Of a DNA stretch of 64,000 nt, positions 51,465 to 63,283 are shown one piece after another. Position 1 is the stretch's first letter, and every line of letters begins with the position of its first letter. The translations under genes were made by a program, and so were the position numbers. Source of the stretch: the human T2T-CHM13v2.0 reference genome, Homo sapiens; the NCBI RefSeq assembly GCF_009914755.1, contig NC_060948.1. One strand, given 5' to 3'. Under the pieces are notes generated by a model, which saw only the letters and a list, made by a program, of their open reading frames with translations, had not been told where the DNA came from and did not search any database.

Positions 51465-51730
51465 ATTGAATTATTTTGTAGAGACAAAGTCTTACGCCTT
51501 GGCCCAGGCTGAAGTGCAGTGTGTGATCACAGCTCACTACAACCTTGAACTCCTGAGTAAACAGAACAACAGATGTGTGTCATCATGCCCAATTCATTTA
51601 ATTAATTAATTACATTTGTAGAGATAGGTCTTGTTATGTAGTCTGTGCTGGTCTTGAACTCTGGGCTTGAAGCAATCCTCCCTTCTCAGCCTTCCAAAGG
51701 GCTGTGATTCCAGGCATGAACCACCAGAAC
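51465..51730 (-). mobile_element. Degraded AluJ
   Basis: gatcacagctcactacaaccttgaactcctg…ggtcttgaactctgggcttgaagcaatcctcc. Confidence 0.8.
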
Positions 51731-54700
51731 TCAATGAAAAAAATTTAGATTTTAGAATATTACAATATGGTAGACTTAATTTCTTCTTTCAATTTTGCAT
51801 TTTTAGTGGCACTTGAGAATAATTATTTCTTAGGGGGAGAGTGTGACTTCTCATATTTGGTCCAAATTTTGAAATCTTTATTCTGTTTACTTAAACCCTA
51901 ATAACTGGTAGTCAAGTCAGTTGACAGTCAAGTACATGGGTGTTTTTGTGTTGAGGTTATGAAGACAAATGTAGAGAGATATTAAGAACCAAAGACATTT
52001 ATTTTTATATATGCTAAAGCTTTACCTCACCGGCGAGGCATCATACATGGCACAGATAGTTTTATAAAATACCCTGAAATACATACTTTAGTAACCAGTT
52101 CTGCACTTGCAATTTCCCAACTTTGTTTTCATCAGGAGTTAATTACGTATGGCACTTCAAGTAAGTGAACAAATGTTTGAATTGCTGTGAGTTATTTTAG
52201 TCATTGCTCAGCTAACCATTTAAGTTATCAAAGATATTTACTTGTACAGTATCATAAATGCTGGACATTAAAAATTAATCAACAGGCTTAGCTGCCATCT
52301 AATATGATATTTTTCGTAAAATAACAGCAGTAATTATGCCAAAAGATAGTCATTCCTGTAGTTTTAGCCATTATAGCAGTTTCCACCTGAGGATTTCACA
52401 GAGTCCAGATATGGGCAACAGTGATTAACATAATAGTTATTAGTGAGAAGATATTTTGATACATCTAGGCATGTTTACATGTCAGTGCCTATACGGGACG
52501 GGTTTGGCATATTAATAAGAAAGGGTGCATTGGACTGAATACTAAGAAATGTATTGAGGTTTTTTTTGCCCTTTATAACATGAAAGGTCAATTGGAGATA
52601 TAGAAACAATGGAACATTTCGCAGCATGGCCTGACATTTCACTGCACTTTTTTAAACCACGTACCTTAAATATGCAAAGGTAGGACTGTTATAAGACGAA
52701 AGTGTTGGAGTCAGAGGTCACAATCCACAGCAAGGTGATAGTCTCTTGTGGATGGCCCCCTGAGTGCTGAATTAGAGTGAGAATCAACTTTCAGGCTGCC
52801 AGCAGTGGACAAGGAGAATGAAGCTATCAGCAGTTAATTCAATTCAATTATTGGATTAATTGAAATGAATGTTGACAGAGATTTTGTTGGCTTTACATCA
52901 AATTGAGTGTAGTACTTCAAATTGAGTATTTGATAAGAGTAAACTCTTACCACATTTCCCACATGTAAAATTGAGGATTAATGAAAAGATTACATAACCC
53001 ATACATTATGAGTAGCTCATATAAATTTGTATGCACATGTGCAAACTTACAGCGTGCAAATATTTGTCTATATCTAAATATATCCAAATCCATTGATGAA
53101 CGTTAGAAATTTTGAAATTATTCTCCCATTTTACCATTCCTTTTCCTAGAATTTTGTCATAAATACAATTTTTCCATCTGTTTGAAACTTACTTTCTGGA
53201 GGCATGTAATGTATGGATACAGTAAAGCTGTGAGATATTACAGGGTTTGTATCAGAGAAAATAATAAAACTGGTGTTATAAAAAAGCCATTTTGAGGAGA
53301 AATTTATACTTCACAGGACTACAAATACAGAAGTATTGTTTCATCGAAAGTTGATGTCAGTCAATACAATTTATTTTTATGTTTTATTTCAAATATGTAA
53401 TCTCAGAAGGATTGCTTGAGAAGAATAATGTTATTGATAATAAATAATGATTAAGAATTTCCTTTAATTTGTTTATTATTTAAAATTTAAGTAAAATACT
53501 AAAAAGTAGTGTATAATGTAGTTTCATGAAGCATTCTCTATGGTTTTTGTAAAATTAATAGTCTCAATGGAATTTTTTACACAGAGAAATTTCCTTATAT
53601 CATTTTATTATTGTACTTTCACTTTATTACTTGCTTGCATGTTGTAACTCATAGAAATAAAAATATTTTTATTTATACATGGATTTTTGTTTATGTTTTC
53701 TAGTGAGAGAAAGACACCAATAATTTTATCTATATAGGAAAATTTGGACAAGCCCAAAGTTCTTAACTTTCTTTTCTTTGGAAGTTTCATACTTAAGTGT
53801 AGGTATGAGATGGACTTGACTGTGATCATTTTTTGATTTCACTATGACTACTGAGTTTCAGATATAGTGTTACAAATGTATAGACTTAAAAGCGTGCTTT
53901 ATTCTTCTTCTTCTCCTTTTGGACCTGTACATGTGATACCTGCAGTAATGTGCACCATTATCTGAAATGAGGTTGCTGAAAGATGCAAGCATAAATGGAA
54001 TTCTTTATTTCTGTGAACCTTTAGGAACAGACAAGTAAAACTGAAAGATAATTATAAGATTAATTTAAGTCTGTAGTTTCTCACAGAAGTACAGTAAGGG
54101 TGAAAACATATTTAAAAATACTTGCCTAATCCAAAACATGTTGTAGGGAAGTGAAAAATTTAATTTGACATAAGGAACAGTTTAAAAGTTATGATTATTT
54201 TTGGTGACAGTAAGTTGCACTAAAAATCCTATTTTCCCTGTTTTAATACATGAAACTATTAATGTATCTTCACGCTCCAAAAAGAGTTAACTCTAACTTA
54301 AGCAACAACTTTATGGCCATTTCAAACAGTGGGTGCATCATCTTAGAATTTCTCCAAGAATCTTTTGGGAGAAATCTAATCTAATCTAGCTCTATAAACA
54401 ATTAAATTAATAAAATTATTATGACTGTAGCTTCACAATTTCATTGTCCTTCTCTTTTCAGTTTTTACATATTATTTTTAAAATTCAAAAGCCCCTAGGA
54501 AGCATATGATAAATAACAATGACTGAAACAGCTGAAAAATGAAAACTAAGCAGCAGACACATTTCAAGATTTCCTTTATGAGAATGCTATGTTAACCATG
54601 TGATATACACATGGTGTAAATCACCGTGAGAAAATAATATTCGGGTAGCACTTGACAGTTTATCCAATAACAGCAAATATTCTCATTTGACCTTCAAAAG

Positions 54701-55179
54701 ATTTTTAAACTCGTGTTTCATAAATGATGAAAATGTGATTGAGTAATACAAATCAGAGCTGTTACATCTCATTAGGAACATGTCGGAGCCAATAAAGCAA
54801 AGGCATGAGTTTTCTTCTGGAGGGAAGAAGGCAACATTTATTAAGACCATGAGTCTTATTTTTTTACATTTCATCATTTATCAATGTTTTATCAAAATTG
54901 TTTCCCTTATTTCCAGTTATATTTCCTTTATTTGCCTATTACAGCAGTTACAACACTTATTATTCATTTATCTCTGTGCCTGTTACTGCTGCACACTCAG
55001 AAGAGCAAGGACTATATTTTTCTGAGCTTCTTGCAGACTGCCAGGCTTATTGTGGCATTTAGACACTATCTGCTGAATGTTTGTGACATTTTCATTTAAG
55101 TTACATTGTAGGCCACTTGATACTAATTTTCTATTTCGTATTTGGGTTTGGAGAGTTATTTTTCCTTTTTAAGTTTTTT

Positions 55180-55591
55180 TTTCTTTTTTTGTTTTATTAT
55201 ACTTTAAGTTCAAGGGTACATGTGCACAACGTGCAGGTTTGTAACATAGGGATACATGTGCATGTTGGTTTGCTGCCCCCATCAACTTGTCATTGACATT
55301 AGGTATTTCTCCTAATGCTATCCCTCCCCCAAACCCCCACCCCACAACCGGCCCCAGTGTGTGATGTTCCCCACCCTGTGTCCATGTGTTCTCATTTTTG
55401 AACTCCTACTTATGAATAAGAACATGCGGTGTTTGGTTTTCTGTCCTTGTGATAATTTGCTTAGTATGGTTTCCAGCTTCATCCATGACCGTGCAACCAC
55501 AATGAGATACCATCTCATCCAGTTAGAATGATGATCATTAAAATGTCAAGAAACAACAGATGTTGGAGAGGATGTGGAGAAATAGGAATGC
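55180..55591 (-). mobile_element. Short L1PA insertion with 5' inversion (twin priming)
   Basis: Minus-strand 3' UTR (about 55180-55495) is joined to a plus-strand ORF2 piece (about 55495-55591). TSD TTTTAAGTTTTTT at 55167-55179 and 55592-55604, with a TTTT/AA endonuclease site. Confidence 0.88.
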
Positions 55592-55990
55592 TTTTAAGTT
55601 TTTTAAAGTATATTTTAAGGATATACTTATCTGAACGTGGAGTGGACAGTGAAAGTCGTGGTCAGTGGGACCTCCAAAAGAGGCACCCCATTCAAATTGG
55701 AGGCTCCTGCAGGAGAGGGCAGCCAGGGCATGCAGCGCGGAGGCGCCCTTGTGGGAGGAGAAGGTGCTGGTGGTGGACGACATCATGGCGGTGGTCCACG
55801 TCGTGGTTGAGGAGAAGGCTGACATGGAGAGGCAGGAGGAGGACCAGCAGACAGAGCCTGTCCGCGGCCCCAGCACACCCTAGCCGGCAACAGACTCGCT
55901 GGAGGTCCTTCACTTGGAGCTGCACTCTGTGGATGCCCCAGGCCGCATGGTCTGCCCGCGGCTGAGACGGAAGCTTTGGCAGAAGCACCT
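55400..55990 (-). pseudogene. PRORY: Disabled homolog of the 3' part of the human PRORY (CYorf17) ORF, antisense to TSPY exon 1 and extending into L1
   Basis: Minus-strand frames give LPKLPSQPRADHAAWGIH, CWGRG…PPPASP, QHLLLPQGRLRAACPGCPL, SLQFE and SWMKLETILSKLSQGQKTKHRMF, collinear with the human PRORY protein as I recall it. They are spread over different frames with a stop at 55783-55785. Needs BLAST confirmation. Confidence 0.6.
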
Positions 55991-57766
55991 GCCCGGCCTG
56001 GAGGGCACAGGGGCCATTAGCCAGGGCATCTCCGGCTTCTGGGCCAGAGCCATATCCTTGCAGCTGCCCATTCGGGATGACTGGCAGCAGGGGGTGCGCG
56101 ACGGGCTACAGGGGGCGGGGAACAGGGGATCCAGTCCAGGGGCACACGGGGTCAGCCAGGAGGCAGGGCATGGGGGACAGCGAGGGGAGCAGAGGCCAGG
56201 CTCCTGCAGATAGGAGGGCAGCCTGCTTGCAGGTGCCCTGAGAGCATGTGGTACGGACTGGGAGCCAAGCTTAGCACTCACAAAGGAGAAAACTGGCGCC
56301 AAGGACCCTTCATGCACAACCGTAAGTTGAAGGGTACGTTTCCCTGGGAAAGTCCTTGGAGGAAGGAGAGTCTGCAAGGCCATACCAGTCATGGAACCAC
56401 CCCCACTCCCCATTTCAGTGTCCAGCATCCTCACCCCAGAAACACAAGGTGCTCAAGACTCGGGTTCACAGTGCATGTGGCTGCTGTCCTCTGCAAGGCA
56501 GCCACCAGCTCCCCAGAAAGGCTTTCTTCCCTCTACCTGCATTGCACCCAAAGAGCTGTAGGCCCTGAGCATACATAACCTCCATTGCACACAAGCCTTC
56601 ATTGCATACACGCGAGCCCCATGATGAACGCCAGGCACAGCACTGTAGTCCCTTCTACTCACTGAGGTTCCCTCAAGTGGACACGCCCACCCAACAGGGA
56701 GACCAGGAGAAGAGGGGAAAGCACACCTAGATACCCTCAGCAGAGCCTGTCCAGCAACTGGAACGCAAGGGCCACGTGCAGCTCAGGAACTCTGAAGAAA
56801 CGGCCTCACACCACAGCACCCTGTCTACTTGTGATCCCCGCTTGTTGTTGGCAGAGGCTTTCTGGGCCTCTCTCCACCCACCCACAAGACCACCACACCC
56901 ACTACCATGCCCCCCATGCCAGACAGAGACAGGACCACCAGTGCAGGGTGCCAGGCCAAAGGTCTGGGGGAAAGCCCTACCCAACACTCTCCCAGCTCTT
57001 GAAAAGTAGCAGGGTGTTTCCTGGCATGCCCACCCAATCATCTGGAGGTTCCTTGACCAGAGGCAGATAGTGCCGCACACCCAGAGGTCGGCCAGGTTCA
57101 GAAACCATGAGGAAGTCCTGCTAAGTAAGCTACAGGATGGATTTGCAGATCAGGCTGGGGAGCATGGGTCTGGGGTAAGGGTCAAAGGTCCTGGTCAGTT
57201 TGAGGTCCTCCCTGGGTCCGGGAGTGTCTCAGCAGGAGAGCTGGAAAGGGGAAACACATGCTTCACCCAGGCCATCAGGCCCTAAGCCTAGCTAGATGAA
57301 ATGGTCTCTTTGAGTCTTTCCTCTTCTTGGCCTGGCAGGTGGAAGAACTCAGCCATTCCTGGTACCAGCGGCAGGAGGCTAGGCCTCGCATGAGTCTTCC
57401 AGACTCCTCTTGCCCCAGGATACATAGCTTCTGGCTCTACTGTAGTCCAGTCATTTTAGAGTCATGCAGGAGAAGCCCCAGCTTCAGGCAGTACACAGAC
57501 TAACTGAGCTTCTTCAGTGGGTTGACTGACCATGACCACTCAGGGTCAGCCAGGATTGCTGAGGTGTAGGGTGCTGTGGGGCATCATGGCTAAGGTCCTT
57601 TCTAGTCTTTCCTTGACGTCTGGGGAACTGGCTTTGAACTATGACCTGGCCAGTCACAGACCCCTTTCCGCAGCCCCCCACGTCATCAGTCAGGGCTTCT
57701 GTCTCAATCCCTGCAGCACTACGGGAAGGAGTTAGGCCCTCAGAGAGGGAACAGAGAGGAAACCAG
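55665..57766 (+). pseudogene. TSPY: Unprocessed TSPY-family (NAP/SET domain) pseudogene, exons 1-5 remnants
   Basis: Exon 1 to 56051 (EEKVLVVDDIMAVV…ISQGISGFWARA, versus TSPY EEAVLLLDDIMAEV…IQSVPGFWANV) has a TAG at 55881. Exon 2 at 57067-57148 has a 4-bp insertion. Exon 3 from 57339 (GTGGAAGAA) is largely deleted. Exon 4 is 57419-57563 (…GACCAT…AGGATTGCTGAG|gt). Exon 5 is about 57682-57766 (…GAGGGAACAGAG…AG|gtaag). Intron 1 and 2 donors read AT instead of GT. Confidence 0.9.
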
Positions 57767-60128
57767 GTAAGCAGCCCAGGGCTGGGGACTCAGAGGCCTG
57801 TGGGTCCTGGAGCTGGGGCACACATGGAGAACTCAAGGTTCAGGGAGGAGCCTGCAGTGGGAAATCTCAGGCCATCCCTGGGCTGGGGTATAAAGGCCCA
57901 TCAGGGAACTGAAACACTCATATTTCAGAATTGGGGAACCTGAAGTTGCCTAAGAGGCAGAAGTGGCGAAGATCAATGGGTGAGAAGCAAGGCTCAATGG
58001 ATAGCTGCCTCATCATCCTTCTCCGGGTCCCTTCCGTGCCTTGAGGCCTGCTAGCACCTGGGGCTCAGTTTGGGCTGAACTAGGGCCCTCTTACCCTCCA
58101 CAGAGAGGTGCACACGAGGCGCACCTAGGTCTATGTCCTTCTAGAATGGCCAGCCCTATCATGATCTGTTTCAATGACCCCAGGCTCCCCTGACATTCTT
58201 TCTCCCCTCTGCCATCCTCACTCATGCTGCCCGAGCCCCGAGACATTACCTATGACATTAAAAAAAGACATAAAATTTGTAAAATGCCTTAATAGTAGAG
58301 ATGCAGATAAAGTATTTTATTATTAAAAAATGCTCTTCCTCCTTACCTGTATCAAAGTCTTTTTCATGATGGGGGAAGTATGCAACATACTTTGATAAGT
58401 TAGAAAAGTATAAAAGTAAAAATAAATCCCACTATTGAGGATCAATTAAATGGCAGGGGAACTTCTGTGTGTGTCCAGAGAGGGAATGTGGCTGAGCATT
58501 AAGGCTCACCTGAGTATTGGTGTAGACACCCAGTTTCCCTCATGCCAGTGTGAGTGTAGGCATGTTCCAGCCTGTGTGTCTGAGCTGGTGCACGTGTGTG
58601 CACACCTGTGCCTGTGTACCTTTGTGTACCTTGGTTTGGGGAGGACCCACACTCCCGCCACAGGTGTATCTCAAATTCAGCTTTTGAGCTGGCAAGCAGG
58701 GTGCTGCCAGGTTTGGCAATCCAACTTCAGGACCATGAAGCCTGCACACTAGGGAGACGTGAAGAGTCCTTGTGGTTCTCAAAAATGGCAGAAGGAGGAG
58801 GAAAAGGTTGGCTGGCGCAAGCTACCTAGAGGAGATATCATGGACCTGAAATGACAACCGGAGGGAAATAAAACCTAATAGCTCCTTGTGTCTCCCTGTG
58901 TGTTTGGTCGGGGAAGGCGGGCATTCAGGGAAGAAGCAATGGAATCTGTGGGGCTTTGGGATTCGCTGTCCAGGAATCCCTGTGCACCAAAGAGTGTCCA
59001 GCCCATGAGACAGGAGGACAGCAAGTGGGTCCAGCAGGGCCTGAGTCTCCAGAGAGGCTAGCATTCTCCCCACGAGGGCGTGGGTCAGTAGGTGAAGGAG
59101 AAACCCGGGCTGCAGGGTGAGGTAGATGAGACACTTATCACTTAGCCAGGTGGGAGCACAGGGGAGGGCCTGGTGAGCAGCGGCCTAATTGGCCGGTGAC
59201 ACCCTGTTCCAGTGCTGCATGTGCACACACAAGCTTCGCCCCGCACATCCTCTCCAGGGTGCCTCAGCTGGGCAGATAGGAAGCAAGGCACACAAGATCC
59301 TAAGCTTATGGTCATGAGTGGACCCAGAGCAGGTTCCCCAGGATCACTGGTTCCAGGAGAGGCTGGCATGCAGGGTCTCTTCAGGACAGGGATAAAAATG
59401 CATAAGCCCAGCTCTCCACCTGGCGGGTGTCTTGCCCTGATGATGTCAGCCATGGCAGATACAGCTCTTCCACGTAGATTGCAGATCCACAGGCTTACAA
59501 CTTCCCCCTGGCATTCTCCAGGATGGGTCCCTGGACCCTGGACGAGCCAGTGCCCCACCGGTGTTTCCTCCCAGCCTTCAAACTCACAGAAGGCTCATTG
59601 ATAACTCTCCTTCTAGTACATGGACACCCACAGGAACTTTCAACAACTCAGGACTGTTGTATGTTGCGGGGTCCTGCCACCTTACCCAGCAGTGGGAAAA
59701 TGGGAAGAGAAAGAGCTGGAATGGACAGAGCAGAGGCCACAATCCTAACCCTCCCTCATGGCAAGGGAATGGTGGGATCCTTCCCAGCCCAGGAAGCTGC
59801 TTCCCAAGCATCCCTGGAAGCCCAGCACAAGCCGAGGGATTCACTCAGCCACAGCTGGGCATGGGGGATTTCAATGTGTGCCAGAGACCTGGATCCTAGT
59901 CGCCCTACTAGGTGTACTTCTCCTCCAGGTCACATTATGCTGACACCCTCCTTAACCCAGATGGACTCCTCATCCTCACCACATGGTGTTGGCTGGAAGA
60001 GTTACTCCTGGTGGCCCAGCCACTGTTTCAAGGTACAGAGAGTGACCAGCAGTCCCCTGATTCCTGGTCCTCCTGTCCAAGTAATATCCATAGAAATAGT
60101 AAAAGAGTGGCACATTAGACATCATGAC

Positions 60129-60428
60129 TTTTTTTTTTTTTTGAGACGGAGTCTCGGTTTGTCGTCCAGGCTGGAGTGCAGTGGAGCAATCTCGACTCAC
60201 TGCAAGTTCTGCCTCCCATGTTCATGCCATTCTCCTGCCTCAGACTCCCAAGTAGCTGGGACTACAGGTGCACGCCACTGTGCCTGGCTAATTTTTTGTA
60301 TTTTTAGTAGAGATGGGGTTTCACTGTGTTAGCCAGGATGGTCTCGATGTCCTGATCTCGTGATCCACCTGCCTTGGCCTCCCAAAGTGCTGGGATTACA
60401 CAGGCATGAGCCCCCACACCCGGTGACC
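60129..60428 (-). mobile_element. Full-length AluY-like element
   Basis: Poly-T gagacggagtctcg…ctgcaagttctgcctcc…tgccattctcctgcc…gttagccaggatggtctcgat. Flanking TCATGAC(G)TTTTT TSD. Confidence 0.94.
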
Positions 60429-60672
60429 TCATGACGTTTTTAAGGTTGACCTCTTTATAAGCATTTCATCCAGATATTTATGAGTTTATCTCATTTATTT
60501 ATTTATGGCTCTCATTTCAAAATCTATTTTTGCTTGAGAGTTGTTTCAACAGATAACCAAATGGTTGGCGCTATGACACATAGGTTTCAAGCTTAAAAGT
60601 CTGTATCTGCTATTATGTTGGGTAAAACCCATCCAGTACTTACAAAAATAAGTAATTATTAGGCATGGCCAC

Positions 60673-61215
60673 TGTAGTGGTCTAAAACACACTTTGAAAT
60701 TCTCTGCAAACCCATTTGAAAAAACATTCCTGATGTGACTGAACACAGTACTTGCTTGTAATGAATAGAAAACAGTGCAAGCATTTTCTGGATACTGGTC
60801 CACCTCTGGCCTAGGTTAGAAAAGGTGACATAGCTCTGCCTAAGTCTCCTGCTCTCAGGGGGACAAACCCCTCAGGAGCCCCTGACCAGTACATCATGAA
60901 GTCTAACACCCTGATAACACTATGCAGAAGGGACATCCCATGGAGAGACTCACAGAAATAGAAGGAGATGCCTGAGGATCTCAGCGGTCCAGCCCCTGCT
61001 ATTTGAGTTATGCTAGCCATGGCACCAGGGAGATGAGAAGACATCTGTCAATGTCCCCATCCTTTGCCATCACTAGATTGCATTCTCCTGAGTGCCCCTG
61101 AACCACAATCGTTTGGCTGAGAGACTGTAGGAGACTGCAGAGACTGACAGTTAGTAAGTTATAATTATAGTTTTCAGCCACTAAGTTTTAGATAATTTTA
61201 AAAAGCACTTTCAAC
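60673..61215 (+). mobile_element. MLT1 (G/H-like) MaLR LTR
   Basis: tgtagtggt start, cctaggttagaaaagg…gctctgcct, and ttttcagccactaagttttag near the end. Confidence 0.6.
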
Positions 61216-61661
61216 TCCTAGAAAAACTGAGTTGTCTACTGAGTAATTCTGGAGAACTTTAAAGGCCAACATCATATATGTTAATAACCTGGAAAAGTCA
61301 AACCATCAAGGCTCTTCTAAATACAACAGATCTTTAATGTCCCTTTGCTGTGGCTGGAGAATAATCTAACATGTATCTGAGAGAGTATTTTGAAGGCCTC
61401 TGTTCACATCTCTTGGCTGGGTATGGGTCAACTCTGGTCTGCTTTAATTCTAGACAACTGCAGCAACTCATCTTTCATTTTAGGTCCTGGCCTACACTGA
61501 TCTTTTGATCACTGACTGTGTCTGTGTCTGTGTGTGTATGTTTTGTGTGCTAGCATATTTTATCTGAAGGCACTAAATAATAGTACTATAGTTGTTTCAT
61601 AAACAAAAAGCATTCCAGGAAGACAATATTGCTTATCAACTGAGCTTTAACACAGATATGA

Positions 61662-61964
61662 GGCAGGTCAGGGAGACTCACACCTGCACTCCCAGAAGTT
61701 TGGCAGGCTGAGGTGGGTGGATCTCTTGACGTCAGGAGTTTGAGACAAGCCTGGCCAACCCGGCAAGATCCCATGTCTAATATCATGCCAAAGCTATCCG
61801 GGCTTGGTGGCCCATGGATGTAACCCCATCTACTCAGCAGGCTGATGCAGGAGAATCCATAGAACCCCGGGGATGGAGTTTGCAGTGAAGTGAGATCACA
61901 TCTCTGTGCTCCAGCCTGGACACCAGAGTGAGACTCTGTCTCAAAAATAAAAATAAAATAAAAT
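61662..61964 (+). mobile_element. Diverged full-length Alu
   Basis: ggctgaggtgggtggatctcttgacgtcaggagtttgaga…gagtgagactctgtctc plus (AAAAT)n tail. Confidence 0.88.
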
Positions 61965-62010
61965 ATTAAACTAGATAGGAGAGATTACTGACGAGAGAAA
62001 TGCATAAAAC

Positions 62011-62318
62011 TGGGTGGGCATTTTGGTTCACACCTGGAATCCCAGCATTTTGAGAGGCTGAGGGGGGTGAATCACTTGAGGACAGGAATTCGAGCCCAGT
62101 CTGAGCAAACATTGTGAAACCTGGTCTCTAATAAAAATACAGAAACAAAAAGGTAGCCAGGATTGATCAGGATTGATGTCATATGCCTACAGTTGCAGCT
62201 ACTCAGGAGGGTGTGACTGGAGAATTGCTTGAACCTGGCATGGGGAGGTTGCAGTGAGCCAAGATCATGCCACTGAACTCCACCCTAGATGACAGAGCAG
62301 GATTCCATCTAAAAAAAT
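62011..62318 (+). mobile_element. Diverged full-length Alu
   Basis: aatcccagcattttgagaggctgagg…ggaggttgcagtgagccaagatcatgccactg. Confidence 0.88.
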
Positions 62319-62319
62319 A

Positions 62320-62500
62320 TCAAAGAGAGAAACAGAGATAGAGAAAAAAGAAAGGCGGGCGAGGGGAAAGATAGAGGGAGTGGGGATGGAGTGGGGAGGG
62401 ATGGGGGAGAGAGTGAGAGAAAATGGAAGAAAAGAAGGAAGGAAGGATGGAAGGAAGGAAGGATGGAAGGAAGGAAGGAAGGGGAGAAAAGAAAAACAGA
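62320..62500 (+). repeat. Purine-rich (GA/GGAA) low-complexity tract after the Alu tail
   Basis: Nearly pure A/G with (GGAA)n units. Confidence 0.9.
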
Positions 62501-62940
62501 ATGAATGGCATAAAACCCAAAGGAAATAAATAAAAATAAAAACTTGCCATTTTGCCCCTTATCCACATGAATTTTGAACTATGTTTAAAATAGTATTTAG
62601 GTCTCTAATGGACTAATTGAAACTTTAAAATAAGCTGGTGTATATTGTCAAAATTACTCACATAACTATGGTGTTAACTAAGATTCTTGTAGTTTTCAAC
62701 AACGAAATCTAATTGACATTTGTCATCAAATCACAAACTACCAAGGTCAGGGTAGTCTCTGTTATGCTGCCTAAACTATTCTAAATTAAAAATGAAATCA
62801 AATCTGCAAGAGATTTTATAGTTACCTTTACCAGTAAAGACTCTTTTAAGTTTCCTGACTTGCGGAGGATTTTATTTCCACAGTTTTGATGGCTCTGGCA
62901 GAAAGCCTTCTTGATCCAAACTCACCCCTTATCATCACAG

Positions 62941-62969
<29 letters not shown>
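62941..62969. repeat. (TA)n microsatellite
   Basis: About 14 units. Confidence 0.97.
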
Positions 62970-62972
<3 letters not shown>

Positions 62973-63134
62973 CAGGGATTAAGGGGAAAGAGCATCAAAA
63001 CCCATTGCTTTCCTGCACTGGTTCCCATGTACAAGCAAATGTGCTGTGTTACTATCAAATATTCAAATATTTGATGAAGGAAATTTGTGTTTCCAAACTG
63101 TAAAACAAAAATATTACTATCAGTTGTATTTTCA

Positions 63135-63283
63135 CTATTTATTTACTTAGAGGCGGGGTCTTGCTCTGCCACCAGGCTGAATCACACATCACTGTAATAT
63201 CAGACTTTTGGGCTCATAGGCTCCTCCAACATCAGCCTCCCAAAGTACTGAGATTACAGACTTGGGCCATTTTACCCAGCCTC
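63135..63283 (-). mobile_element. Alu monomer (FLAM/AluJ fragment)
   Basis: tagaggcggggtcttgctctgc…cagcctcccaaagtactgagattacaga…cccagcc. Confidence 0.7.

Noticed and set aside
55665-57766. Functional TSPY gene
   Set aside because: In-frame stop, lost splice donors, frameshift and exon 3 deletion.
59523-60332. 269-aa ORF, the longest in the window
   Set aside because: GC-rich sequence running into an antisense Alu (FFFFLRRSL…LECSGAIS), with no recognisable domain.
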